Shown here piece by piece: positions 9,936-20,027 of a stretch of DNA of 32,000 nucleotides. Origin of the DNA: an uncultured Nitrososphaeraceae archaeon. Lineage in GTDB: Archaea; Thermoproteota; Nitrososphaeria; Nitrososphaerales; Nitrososphaeraceae. A program made the translations under genes and the position numbers. Under the pieces are notes generated by a model. It searched no databases, had not been told where the DNA came from, and saw nothing but the letters and a program-made list of their open reading frames with translations. The DNA lies in NCBI GenBank assembly GCA_963825865.1, contig CAWGVG010000049.1, positions 1-32,000 on the forward strand, written 5' to 3'. How positions within the stretch are numbered: position 1 is the first letter of the stretch; each line of letters opens with the position of its first letter.

Positions 9936-10017
9936 AATCAGAAATCAGAATATCTGAAGAAGATGCAACAGCAAGGTTCCTAAGAGTAAACAAGTAACTA
10001 TCTAGGAATAGTAGCTA

Positions 10018-10308
10018 TTACATGATGATTATCTTCACATACAACACAGCCTCGTTATGGCATAGATGAAGTAGAAGAGGTACTTTCTCAAGATACAATC
10101 CTATATTCTCTGTAGGATTGTAGCTCCCACCCAATCCTCCTCGTCTTGTTGAGTTGGAAAACCTCCAAGTGCTGTGTCCCGTTGTTCCTAAACAGGTCAT
10201 CCCTAGCAGCACCATCGCATCATGATTCTTTTTCGGTATTCTGTAGACAAAGAGCACGACCTGACTTCCAATCTCTTCTTGCATTTCCTTTATGTTTGAT
10301 TTACTCAT
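10018..10308 (-). CDS. Hypothetical protein, possibly DUF1428-like and possibly frameshifted
   Basis: The start MSKSNIKEM overlaps the upstream stop (ATGAGTAA). VVLFVYRIPKKNHDAMV resembles the DUF1428 N-terminus. The middle reads better in another frame (DDLFRNNGTQHLEVFQLN). Confidence 0.3.
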   Translation of the reverse strand: MSKSNIKEMQEEIGSQVVLFVYRIPKKNHDAMVLLGMTCLGTTGHSTWRFSNSTRRGGLGGSYNPTENIGLYLEKVPLLLHLCHNEAVLYVKIIIM

Positions 10309-10910
10309 GGGTAGCAGTATGTGATGCATAGTTTAAAAAATGACGATGATAACTATCAACTGCTATAGAATACATTGCAAAGATGTACATTTGTACCATG
10401 TTGGAAGCTGCTTCCAAGCCGGAGGGCCAGATTTTTCAGCAAGAATTGATAGACTAGGTGGCTTCTGCGTAGTGGCCATGATGTCAGCTTGAGCCGGATC
10501 TTACATCTTGAGAAAACATATCGTGGAATAGGTCTGGGTTTATGTATGCAAATCCTCCACTATCGGTTTTCAAAAAGTCTTTTGGAAGCTTTTTGACGTC
10601 GAAGAAATCGCCTAGGATTGGCAAGCAACGTAAACAAGTCCTGTGACATTGGGATTATTATAAGCAGCGTTTGTGATTACTATTCCACCATATGAGTGTC
10701 CGACAAGAATTGTTGGTCCACCAACAGCTCAATTGCACGCTTTACCGTAGCGATGTCATCTGCCAAAGAATGAAGAGGAAGCTGTACAGCTATAACTTTA
10801 TGTCCTGTGTTCTTTAAAATGGGAATCACTTTGCTCCATGAAGATCCATCAGCCCAAAAACCATGGACTAAAACGATGTTCATACTAGTGGTTGCGTTGT
10901 TTGTTGCCAT
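10301..10910 (-). pseudogene. Alpha/beta hydrolase with at least 3 frameshifts
   Basis: NIVLVHGFWADGSSWSKVIPILKNTGHKVIAVQLPLHSLADDIATVKRAIELL is followed in other frames by GGPTILVGHSYGGIVITNAAYNNPNVTGLVYVA, then ILGDFFDVKKLPKDFLKTDSGGFAYINPDLFHDMFSQDV, then DPAQADIMATTQKPPSLSILAEKSGPPAWKQLPTWY. Confidence 0.8.
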
Positions 10911-11515
10911 ACCCTGTACTCGGGGTATATTGCAAGCCTATCTATATATACTCCATATCGGGAATCTTCTGTTCTGCTATGTTGAGTATTAAAAGTTATA
11001 ATAGAAAAAAAGATTCTGCAATTTTAGCACAGTAATTCTATAGGCATATGTAGTAGAGTATGGATATTTGTCAAAGACCCCCCATAATTCTTTGACTTTT
11101 CCATCTTCATTCTTTATGAAAAAACTTGGAAATAAGCTTTGACATTAATCTATCAGTTGTTATAATTCTATTCTAAACGTGTTAGAATAGCGGTGACGCA
11201 AATCTAAGTCTTCCTCAATATGCTCCTTCAAAGGAAGACACAAAACTAACACGTATTTCCCAAGCAAAATAAACAATGTCGTTCTATAGTTCGGCACTTA
11301 ATGGTAATAAAGAGGGAACGAATTTTATTAAGGATTTTGGGTCTATAGACCTATACATGTTGTCTTGAACATAATACTGAGCAGCTAGGATTGCATTTCT
11401 CTTTAGATAGAATTTTAAATATAGGATTATTGTTGTTGGAGTTCTAAATACATATATGCATGGTAACTTTGCAGTCAAAGCATAGTCAATATCATCTGTA
11501 TTCAAGCCACAAGAA

Positions 11516-12911
11516 TCATTGACCCGATGCAGCTGAAATCCTGTATATCTTTCCTTCACCATGACTTGACTTTTTTTCATCAAATGTCAATATATACAAA
11601 AGACCATCTGGCCCAGTCTTGATATCTGTTATGCCACGAAAACCTGTTGCAAGAGTTACTGCTGCTACTTCATTTTTATTATCAGCTACCTTATCTGATA
11701 GACCAGAAGAAGAAGAAGAAGAAGATGATGATTGTTGACTATTGCTATCTTCATTGCTATTATCAAACTTTAGTCCTGTTCTATTTTCATTAACCTCAAA
11801 GAAGTACAGATTGCCTTTGGTTATATCGCCAACAAATATGTTATTTTTGTATTTGTCTCCAAGTTTTGATGAGTTCAGAAAAGCTATGTCTGTTACACCT
11901 ATTGATTCAAACCAGCTAAAAACAGGATCGGCATATCTGGAGCCTGGAAAATTAAAAAGCTGGGATTCATTAATACTGCTGTTTCTGGAGATGGGTCCCA
12001 TCACCTTCTTCCATCCACTGTTGAAACCAGATTTCATCATAATCTTTATCGCCGTTTTCTGCATCCCATAAGGTACCAGTTACTGGATCAAATGCTAGTC
12101 CAAAACTGTTTCTTATGCCATATGCAAAATATCTGCTCATAGCTGAGCTATTGCCATTTTTCTCAGATAAAAATGGATTATTCTTAGCTGGATAGCCATT
12201 ATCAGGGTTTATTCTTAGTATTACAGATGTATCATCTGGTTCTGGTCCATCTATGAAATTCTGAAGTTTTCCCTGTCTGTTAAGGTCTCCTATAACTGCA
12301 TATAGATATTGATCAGGACCAATTGCCAATTTTCCACCAGGATGATTTTGACCCTCTGCAGGAAGGTCTAAAATAAGCTTGGGGTTTATAAGCGTCTCTC
12401 CATTCCATTGGTATTTGTAAACTCTATTTCTTACAGGCTGGTCACCTTTGGCTGCTTCTGAAAGATAAAGAAAAACTTCTCTACTGTTATTGCTGCTGTT
12501 GCTGTTACTTGCTTTAGTTGCTATTCCCAAAAGGCCACGACAGCATATTCGAGTGGAATTATCAATATCGACTTTCAGTACAGGTTGGTCTTTTAATACG
12601 CCATTTGAAACTAGACGTACTTCTCCATTATTCTTTTGTAGAATCAAAATATCTTTGTTGTTGTTGTTGTTGATAAATGCCATACTAGTTGGATAAGATA
12701 ATCCTTGTACTACTAATTCGGCTCTTAAGTTAGGATCATTAAAAGTTGGTTCTGTAGAACTTGCTTCTGCTTCTTTGATATTGGTGGCATAGACATCACT
12801 AACAAAAAAGTGTCTGCTATAAACACTAAAATTTGATAAAATAAACAAAACCATAACTGCTAATGCTATTACTGGTATAGTAGAAGAACAATAATAATAA
12901 AGTCTATACAT
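11516..12911 (-). pseudogene. PQQ-type glucose/sorbosone dehydrogenase beta-propeller, one frameshift near 12027-12033
   Basis: It has a signal anchor (MYRLYYYCSSTIPVIALAVMVLFIL) and the motifs RGLLGIA, NHPGGKLAIGPDQYLYAVIGD, ILRINPDNGYPAKNNPF and AYGIRNSFGLAFDPVTGTLWDAENGDKDYDEI. The frame then switches to GFNSGWKKVMGP...GPDGLLYILT...GKIYRI. Poly-Asn and poly-Ser inserts are present. Confidence 0.8.
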
Positions 12912-13029
12912 AGAATTAATTTCGTTCTTATAACACATAGTAAGTATTTGTTCTTTTTGAACTTTAGAACAAATAAGAGCAATAACAACAATAAGCATAA
13001 AGTCTGCCCATGTGAATTGCATTTAAGCG

Positions 13030-14260
13030 TATTGTTTTATTCATCTAGTGTATGACCATATCCACACATAACAGATTGAAAGGATATCTACCCATTCGAG
13101 GCCTTACCTCACTACAGTCTTTATCCTCATTGTTAAGGATGGATTGCCACAGTTAACTTGACGAGGCTATTCTCTTACCTCAAGCTTTATGTCGTGGTTA
13201 TGACTCCTTAACTGTCATTATATTTTGGAACATATTCTCTTCTTTCTTTTATAACCCAATAAACAACCTTCAGCAATTTGGATGCAGCAGCAACAACTGC
13301 TTTTGAATTACCTTTAATTTTAGCAAGTCTTTCATAAAACCTTGTGATGCTAGTATTCTTATAATTTCTAATATGAGCACGGACACATTCTACCATAACC
13401 CATCTCAGATACCTGCTACCTGTCTTGGTAATAAATCCGTGATATGTTATACCACCTGAGCTATGTGTAGAAGGTACCAGTCCTGCATATGAACAAAGAT
13501 GGTGTGAATCAGGAAATCTGTTTATGTCTCCACCAATTTCACTTACTATCAATAGAGCAGAGTAATATCCAATGCCAGGTATTGTCATTAACAGCTTGGC
13601 AATATCATTTTCATTTACACATAACTTTATCTTTCTAGATACATCATTAATTTCTGAATCTAGAGATTCTATTATACGAAGGTAACTATCAATTCTGTAA
13701 TCTTTGATCTCCTTTAATTTCTCAATATGTTTACGAGTAAAAGGATGAACACCTGTTATTCTTACACCCTTCATCAGGATAATGCTATGAATCTTGTTCT
13801 TCATCTTGGTTCTCATTTTCACCAATGCAAGCCTGTGCCTGACAAGCTCACGTAGACCCATTGTTTCCTTGTCTGGAATGTAGCACTCTGCTATGTATCC
13901 ACCTCTAAGTAAATCAGCTAATTTCAACGCGTCTATTTTGTCTGTTTTTATCTTAGCTGTTGCTATAGCTTTTGTTTTGACAGGATTTGATAATACTACA
14001 TCAAGGTGTTTTTGCTTTGATAGGTATTCGTATATGTTATACCATACACCTGATGATTCCATTACTACCTTTGGATTTTCGTTATTGATATCCTTGAAGA
14101 ATTTGCCTACTTCAACCAAATCATTATCTATCCTTGAATTTCTAATCAGCTTTCCATTTTCATCAAGTGCAGCTATTTGAAGATACTTCTTGTGAAATCC
14201 ATTCCTATGTACATAGTAGGTATTTTACTGTCTAAGTTGGATTTAGGTAACTTTTTATTC
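13030..14260 (-). mobile_element. IS110-family insertion sequence (boundaries approximate)
   Basis: It holds the transposase gene, about 180 bp of 3' non-coding DNA and under 100 bp of 5' non-coding DNA. It sits between the sugar dehydrogenase start region and an HTH gene stub. No long terminal inverted repeats are visible, as expected for IS110. Confidence 0.7.
13208..14214 (-). CDS. IS110-family transposase (DEDD N-domain plus C-terminal transposase_20-like domain), with a frameshift at codon 7
   Basis: MYIGMDF is followed after a 1-nt shift near 14195 by HKKYLQIAALDENGKLIRNSRIDNDLVEVGKFF...VVMESSGVWYN...PGIGYYSALLIVSEIGDINRF...LCSYAGLVPSTHSSGG. The track ORF 13208..14119 begins only at an internal TTG. 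Confidence 0.85.
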
Positions 14261-14316
14261 ACATACTGTTAACTTTCACAAAGTATACTATGCTTGAATG
14301 TGAATAACTATTCTAT

Positions 14317-14405
14317 TTGACGAAGGAAATAATGAATAATTTGAGCTCATCATTGAATAGTCTAGAATGGCGTAAAAGCAAGGTATTAGAATTAGCAAGT
14401 CAGGG
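14317..14405 (+). pseudogene. HTH protein of the integrated-element module (copy 2), N-terminal stub
   Basis: MTKEIMNNLSSSLNSLEWRKSKVLELASQGYN parallels RRDKVQELCSKGYSQRQIS of copy 1. Similarity ends at about 14405. Confidence 0.45.
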
Positions 14406-14434
14406 CTATAACCACCGCCCCAACTGGCGGCTAG

Positions 14435-14620
14435 ACACTACTAAAAACAACGACTCCGACTCTACCAAATACTCCACCTCCACCATCAACACAACGTCCA
14501 CCATCAACTCCGCCAATACCAACTGAACCACCAATATGTCTACCGGGAATTTCAGGTTGTAAACCACCATGTGATCGACCATCTCAAGATCCAAACCGTT
14601 CAGCAGCAGTAAGAATTTAG
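14435..14620 (+). pseudogene. Pro/Thr-rich linker and Cys-containing C-terminal remnant, no start codon
   Basis: The frame reads TLLKTTTPTLPNTPPPPSTQRPPSTPPIPTEPPICLPGISGCKPPCDRPSQDPNRSAAVRI*. It is GC-richer than its surroundings and begins directly after a TAG. Confidence 0.3.
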
Positions 14621-15127
14621 CTAGGCCATACAAGAACAGTTACTTGATTCTGTCTTTGGTATTTCTATAAAACTAGGCAGAGTTCCTTTTTCTACAGTAG
14701 TGAAAAGGTCAACGAAACATACCAAACCTAGTATGTCATCTTTCATAAATAAAGAACCATTCTAATTCTTCTCATTTTTCATCGGTCAAACACCATTAGA
14801 AGATGTACCTTTGTTCCCTATTTAGTTCTGATTATAAACAACCACATCGTGCATAGAAGTATGGATGCTCATATCAACATTTGTATATACCTGGTTGCTT
14901 GTTTGGGCTGCAGTTACAATTAAAAAACAGTCATGGAGATAGGTATATAAGTTGTGAAAACATGTATCTTCTAGCACTTGAGATAACCCCCGTTCTTCAG
15001 AATATCGAAGGTAATGTATGCTAATGTCCAAATCAAGTTTCTCCTTTACATATTGCTGGATCTCAACTGCTGTCAAATGTCTAACAGTAGAACATTGCTA
15101 TTATTACAATTATTGAAGTAACTATTG

Positions 15128-16009
15128 TTATTTAGAAAGAGGCAGCGTCTCAATTTCCCTTACACTAAGATTTTTTAGATCCCATATGATGTTGTCTGAT
15201 CTGAATGCTACAGTCTGACCAGAATTTGTTATTATATAGTCTTTAGGTTTTCCACAATCAGCACTGTAAAATACGTTATCAGAAGCGTCGGCATACCATC
15301 CACCATCGTCAATAATATCTGCTACTTTTACCCAATGGTTGTTATTTTTATCGTCTAGGTATGACTGCATTCTTACTGCGCTATCATTATCTATATTATA
15401 AATAATCACTTTCCAGCCAATCCATCTACCAAGAATTGAATCAGTAACTTTGGCTTTAGCTAGCTGATCGGTATATCCATCCGTAAACCATATTTCTTTT
15501 ATCCACGATACAGTACCATCGATACCTAACCAGCCTTTTAGAGCAGAACCATCACAAGGAACGTCATCACTATGTTTACCTCCTCTTGCATACCAGTCCA
15601 AGTGATCATTATTGGGAGAATTTGCCGAAATAACCTTAGCATAACCCGTAATCTCAACGTTCTTCCATGGCTGCATGCCTTCCGGTGTATTGACATTCAT
15701 TCTTACCTGTTTAGCAGCTATTTCCCATGAACCATCAGGTTGTTTTGTCAATGTAGACTTTGGATCGAATATTCCATCGCTTTTTGGACTGTCCATATTA
15801 ATATACCACTGCCTTCCACCTTCTTTGGTTGGATATATTTCCTTTATACCTAATTTATCTACAGTAGTTGGGGGAGTAGTAGTCGCAGAAGATAGAGTAG
15901 AATTTTGGCTACTGTCGTCGTTTACAAGACTATGCACTACAGTAGGTGCAAATGTTCCTAGAATAGCGATCAATATGAATGCAATGAAATATACATATTT
16001 AGAATACAA
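15128..16009 (-). CDS. Secreted protein, probably a beta-sandwich (lectin or polysaccharide-lyase-like), function unknown
   Basis: 293 aa with a TTG start, a signal peptide (MYSKYVYFIAFILIAILGTFAPTVVHS) and a Thr/Pro linker. A Trp/Gly/Asp-rich domain follows (WYARGGKHSDDVPCDGSALKGWLGIDGTVSWIKEIWFTDGYT). Confidence 0.6.
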   Translation of the reverse strand: MYSKYVYFIAFILIAILGTFAPTVVHSLVNDDSSQNSTLSSATTTPPTTVDKLGIKEIYPTKEGGRQWYINMDSPKSDGIFDPKSTLTKQPDGSWEIAAKQVRMNVNTPEGMQPWKNVEITGYAKVISANSPNNDHLDWYARGGKHSDDVPCDGSALKGWLGIDGTVSWIKEIWFTDGYTDQLAKAKVTDSILGRWIGWKVIIYNIDNDSAVRMQSYLDDKNNNHWVKVADIIDDGGWYADASDNVFYSADCGKPKDYIITNSGQTVAFRSDNIIWDLKNLSVREIETLPLSK

Positions 16010-16274
16010 TTATACTAAACAACAAAGTAGAAGAATTATTTAGACCTTACAGAAGATATTACGTTGCAAGGTAAAATAACAAGATTATGTATAATAATAC
16101 TATTAAAGCAGATATGCAGATGTAAGGTAAGACGTCCAAAATAAATGATTACTCGCGGGCTCTGGAATACTTCTATACGTATTGCGCACACTGCGTGTGA
16201 TGCGAGCACAAATATCTACTTTCTTTCCTAAAAAGAGAAAGAAAAAATAATAATTCTTTTTGTGTACTTACACT

Positions 16275-16609
16275 CTATTGTGGTGTACTCATTCTAAGAA
16301 CATCAACCTGTCCACTATCTAACCAGTTCTTTAACTCTTCATAGGTTGGCTTTCCATCATGCTTGCCAGCTAAATCAAGATAATGCCATTTTGAACAAGT
16401 ATTTTCTGCTTTAAATCATTACCCATCCTTCTCTTGATGTACCTAGCGCTTTGCTTTGAATTCATAGACCATCTTACTGTTTTCTTTAGAGCATATTCAG
16501 GTAAGTAATCAGAATCGGAAGTGATAGCAGAATGTCTTATGCAATATGGATTCCATTTTTTAGTTTTGATAAGGTATTGATGTTTTTCTGCTTCTTCTTT
16601 ATCAGATAT
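16275..16609 (-). pseudogene. Tyrosine integrase C-terminal catalytic fragment, with a frameshift near 16375
   Basis: ISDKEEAEKHQYLIKTKKWNPYCIRHSAITSDSDYLPEYALKKTVRWSMNSKQSARYIKRRMGNDLKQKILVQNGII contains the RHS...RY catalytic residues. LDLAGKHDGKPTYEELKNWLDSGQVDVLRMSTPQ* follows in another frame. A stop codon lies directly upstream of the first residue. Confidence 0.65.
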
Positions 16610-16704
16610 TTAATCTTGGGGAAGGGGCTATGATTAATTTTACCAATAACCACCATGCAGCAGCAAAGTTATTCCTTGACAATTCGACAGGGTTAGAAAA
16701 ATGA
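16606..16704 (+). pseudogene. 3'-terminal stub of an acid phosphatase/PLC paralog
   Basis: IFNLGEGAMINFTNNHHAAAKLFLDNSTGLEK* parallels the C-terminus of the long pseudogene at 18435 (AGSIMNMFNFTNSHP..KLFLDNSTGVEK*). Confidence 0.6.
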
Positions 16705-16708
16705 ATAA
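16673..16708 (+). repeat. 36-bp direct repeat, copy 1 (att-like)
   Basis: tccttgacaattcgacagggttagaaaaatgaataa is identical to 16986-17021. A 33/37 match in inverted orientation lies at 18432-18468. Confidence 0.9.
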
Positions 16709-16719
16709 CTATCGCAAAG

Positions 16720-16860
16720 TTGACAAGGTAATCATCTTGTCAAATCAAGCGCAGACTTGACAGAGCCTTAATTTAGGCTCTGTAAACCATCTCCCTATGT
16801 ATGGACACGACCATAGGGAGATTGGAACAATCTTTTTCCTGAGATGTTTCGGAAAGAAAG
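16720..16860. other. Cluster of three strong hairpins and one weaker hairpin inside the 277-bp segment between the 36-bp repeats
   Basis: Hairpin 1 is ttgacaag(16720-16727)/cttgtcaa(16736-16743). Hairpin 2 is acagagcc(16760-16767)/ggctctgt(16776-16783). Hairpin 3 is atctccctatg(16789-16799)/catagggagat(16812-16822). Hairpin 4 is the imperfect tctttttcc/ggaaagaaaga at about 16831-16860. Confidence 0.75.
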
Positions 16861-16985
16861 AGAATCGCTGTAGACGAATTACAAACTATTGTAATAAGGT
16901 AATACCATAATTTTTCTATTTGTTATTTAATTTTGATTTATATACAATTCAATAAGACTAGCCCATGGTTACTTAGGGTAGGTTA

Positions 16986-17021
16986 TCCTTGACAATTCGA
17001 CAGGGTTAGAAAAATGAATAA
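16986..17021 (+). repeat. 36-bp direct repeat, copy 2 (att-like)
   Basis: Identical to 16673-16708. The sequence upstream of it is not phosphatase-like, since a stop codon lies 2 codons before LDNSTGLEK*. Confidence 0.9.
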
Positions 17022-17106
17022 TTCTCAGGCCTAAAAATCAGAGTGTGATTTTCTTTACATTATGAATTAACGTTAATCATTTGTTATCTCTTTCAATCTG
17101 AATACC

Positions 17107-17367
17107 TTATCTTTTAATAATGCCTCCGAAATGGGAATTGCCATTCAGTCCTTGGCTTCCATGCAATCCAATAGATCCTGGTCCAGACTTAATTCCACCT
17201 GCTCCAACAGTCCCACCATTTTGTCCTTCACATTTTGCTCCCCCGAACTTTAGAGCGCCAGCAGCTGTATCTGCAGTTCCCTTTTTGGAATTACAGTCTA
17301 TTGTGCTCGTGTTTATACTATCTACTGCATTCGACACTTGGGCTATCGGTGTCATTGTTATGATCAT
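17107..17367 (-). CDS. Small Gly-rich protein, hypothetical, possibly 5'-truncated
   Basis: 86 aa. ...TPIAQVSNA looks like the end of a signal peptide, and a Gly-rich region with 2 Cys follows. The upstream reading frame closes immediately. Confidence 0.3.
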   Translation of the reverse strand: MIITMTPIAQVSNAVDSINTSTIDCNSKKGTADTAAGALKFGGAKCEGQNGGTVGAGGIKSGPGSIGLHGSQGLNGNSHFGGIIKR

Positions 17368-17370
17368 AAA

Positions 17371-17582
17371 GATGAACGGTCAGTTCTTAGAGCTTTGTTA
17401 GATACGAGAGCAAAAGGGTTAGATGAAAAGATGCTTGTAACTGCATCGTATGCAATCGCTTCGCTAGTTGAAAAGACTCACTTGAATGAAAACTATGTAA
17501 TTCCCAAAGTAAACGACCAAGGGTTCTCCCAGTTGTGACAGAGACGTTAAAAGAGGCAATCGTACCAGTATCTACTAAATGA
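17371..17582 (+). pseudogene. Malic enzyme C-terminal fragment, with a frameshift near 17525
   Basis: VLRALLDTRAKGLDEKMLVTASYAIASLVEKTHLNENYVIPKVND fits the malic enzyme tail (RGALD.RA..i.eeM..AA..AiA.lv....yiiP). VLPVVTETLKEAIVPVSTK* follows in another frame. Confidence 0.55.
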
Positions 17583-17689
17583 ATGTAAAAAAAAGAGGAT
17601 TATTTTAGATTAAATCGTGAGAGTATCAATCTCGTCCGCTGCGCCAGTTAATACTTGTATTCGTACGGAGTTAGGGGGAAGAAAGGGCT

Positions 17690-17902
17690 TCAGTGCGCAT
17701 ATAGCTGCCCATTCCTGCGAAAGTTTCGGGTCCTGTCCTCATCGAGTTTAAAGACTCGAACAGGAGGAGAAGGACCGAAGTCTGGGGGATTGGAGGTTCC
17801 AGGTATTGGTGTCGCAGTTGTGATATTGAATGTTATCTGCCCACGCGGTTTTTTTTCGTTTACTTCAAAATTTACAATAGTTCCTCTGTATTGACCAGGC
17901 AT
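17690..17902 (-). CDS. Hypothetical 70-aa ORF in a GC-rich patch
   Basis: MPGQYRGTIVNFEVNEKKPRGQITFNITTATPIPG... No family recognised. It may be another fragment. Confidence 0.2.
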   Translation of the reverse strand: MPGQYRGTIVNFEVNEKKPRGQITFNITTATPIPGTSNPPDFGPSPPVRVFKLDEDRTRNFRRNGQLYAH

Positions 17903-18008
17903 CGCTACTTTATAGAAGTAGAACTATTTATACTTTTCTTGTAATAGTGGATTTCTTCATCTAGAAACAATAGCTTTGAACGAGCAATCAATAGTCGAGG
18001 TATGATAA

Positions 18009-18040
18009 TGGCGCGCTTAAACTATTATACAATCGCGCCA
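18009..18040. other. GC-clamped hairpin
   Basis: tggcgcg(18009-18015) cttaaactattatacaat cgcgcca(18034-18040). This GC stem in AT-rich DNA lies 40 nt upstream of repeat copy C. Confidence 0.6.
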
Positions 18041-18079
18041 ACTAAAATTATAGATAAATATATATATTTAATTTTAGTA

Positions 18080-18136
18080 GACCTATGCTTCATATAACGC
18101 ATGGATGAATGGATATAAAATATCTGTCTCAATCAT
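18080..18136. repeat. 58-bp intergenic repeat, copy C
   Basis: Nearly identical to 5697-5754 (2 substitutions, 1 indel). Confidence 0.85.
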
Positions 18137-18434
18137 AAACATGTTAGAAACCTACCATCGCTAGAATAAGTGACTGAATGTATGCTTGTATATTCAGGTC
18201 CTATACTAGTCTTCTCTCCACTCTGCATATTAGTCCAATTATACCAAGGAGTTTCTATTTCTTGGCGTCCAAAGCAGGAGATAAAGCAAACACATTTGTC
18301 GGCCACGACAAACAATAAAACACAACTGCTATAATAACAAACAAAAGTAACTGCAGAATGAGACTGTCCAAGTCTGCATGTTTGAAGAAAATCCTCCTAT
18401 ACTAACTCAGTTTCTTTATGATATCGGAATTCTT

Positions 18435-20027
18435 CATTTTTCTACCCCTGTTGAATTGTCAAGAAACAGCTTTTCGCAGGATGACTATTTGTAAAGTTAA
18501 ACATGTTCATAATTGATCCAGCTTTGGCATCAAATGATTGATCTCCAATACGCTTCAGGCCCCAATTATCCTCTATAAACCTAATTATGGATGTCTGGTC
18601 TGTAATCTCATGATCAACATAGTTTACCTGGAGATATTATCAATAAAGGAAGGCGAGGCCCATAACCACATCTGTCTTGATAAGCACCTGCAGGAGCGTG
18701 GCCACAAAGGCCATCCTTGCCAAGGAGCCTATCGTAAACGGGGTCGTTGGATTGACTGACTATCTGTGGCATTACATGATCATACCATCCATCTGAGTCA
18801 TCATAAGTTATAATGACTGCTGTACTATTCCATTGTGGTAGATTTTGCAAGCGGTTAGTAGTATTAACTAGAAAAGTCTGTTCATCAAGTGGATTAGAAA
18901 ATCCTGGATGTCCACTTTGGAATGAGGGGGCCTTGAGAAAACTAACTGCAGGTAAATTGCCACTTTCACGGCTCTCCAGAACATACTCAGATTATATTGA
19001 TGATTTGCTTGGTCACCATTACCGACCATTGCTACTGAAGTTGGGGATAGATGATGAGGATTGGCTGTAGAATTATAGTACTGGAAAGGTTCAACATCTG
19101 GATAATAGTCATTCTGTTGAGTATTATTATTAGTCAAGATAACTCCGTTGTATGAGCAAAGCCATTTACCATTAGCTATTTTAATAGATGGTGTGAAACC
19201 TGCTGAAAACCATCCCCATGTTACATTATTTTTCTCATTAAGACGATCACCTATGTTCTTATTCTTATCTGACATGACTATTGTAGGATTTGTGTGATTT
19301 GAACAATCATCATTGGTGGGATCTAGGTTACCTATCAAGGTACCTTTAACAACACGGTTTTTAATGTCGGTTGATATAACATGACCTTTACTGTCTCTTG
19401 GTATCACACCATGAGTCTGACCAGAAATAAAGTTAAGATGTCCTGGAGTTGAAGGCCCAAAGGTAGGACTAAAGAAATTATCGCTCATTGCAAAGTGTTG
19501 CGCATAGTTCCATAATGCTGTTACAGTATTACCATCATAATGTCCCATGACCTGATGTAGGCGGCAGGCACATTACAATAATCTCGATAAGGGGATGTAG
19601 AATTTACAAAGTTGTCCAAAAGACCACCGTTAGTTGCATTCTGCTCAGCTGTGTAACCATGATTCATGTCACAAGTTACAGCTCGGGAGCGATCTAGACG
19701 GAATGGCTGATATTGATTTGTATTATTAGTCAATTGGGCTCCAGTTAAACCATTAACTGATGGTGTGTTTGGAGAAGGTGAAAAGTGAGGTTCACCAGGT
19801 AGATTTGTAGTATTAGGATAAGTAGCAAAATAGTGATCGAATGAAATATTTTCTTGAAAGATGACTACAAGGTGTTTAATAGGTTTAGCTGTTGAAAAAT
19901 TACTAGGAGCAGCAGAAGCTTTCGTTGCAACTGATATTAGCGACGTACCAGATAAAATTGACGAGATTATTAGTAATAAAGCTAAAAGTACATTTGTTGA
20001 TATCTTATTCAATAGGTGCAGTTGCAT
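18435..20027 (-). pseudogene. Phosphoesterase-family acid phosphatase / phospholipase C (AcpA/PlcN type) with four frameshifts
   Basis: A signal peptide is followed by IKHLVVIFQENISFDHYFATYP. After shifts near 19550, 18965, 18625 and 18480 the pieces read VMGHYDGNTVTALWNYAQHFAMSDNFF..FGPSTPGH, then GNLPAVSFLKAPSFQSGHPGFSNPLDEQ...AVIITYDDSDGWYDHV, then YVDHEITDQTSIIRFIEDNWGL, then KLFLDNSTGVEK*. Confidence 0.85.

Noticed and set aside
11284-11583. ORF 11284..11583 (-) overlapping the end of the sugar dehydrogenase
   Set aside because: Its upstream part is an alternative frame of the dehydrogenase C-terminus, and the remainder has no recognisable features.
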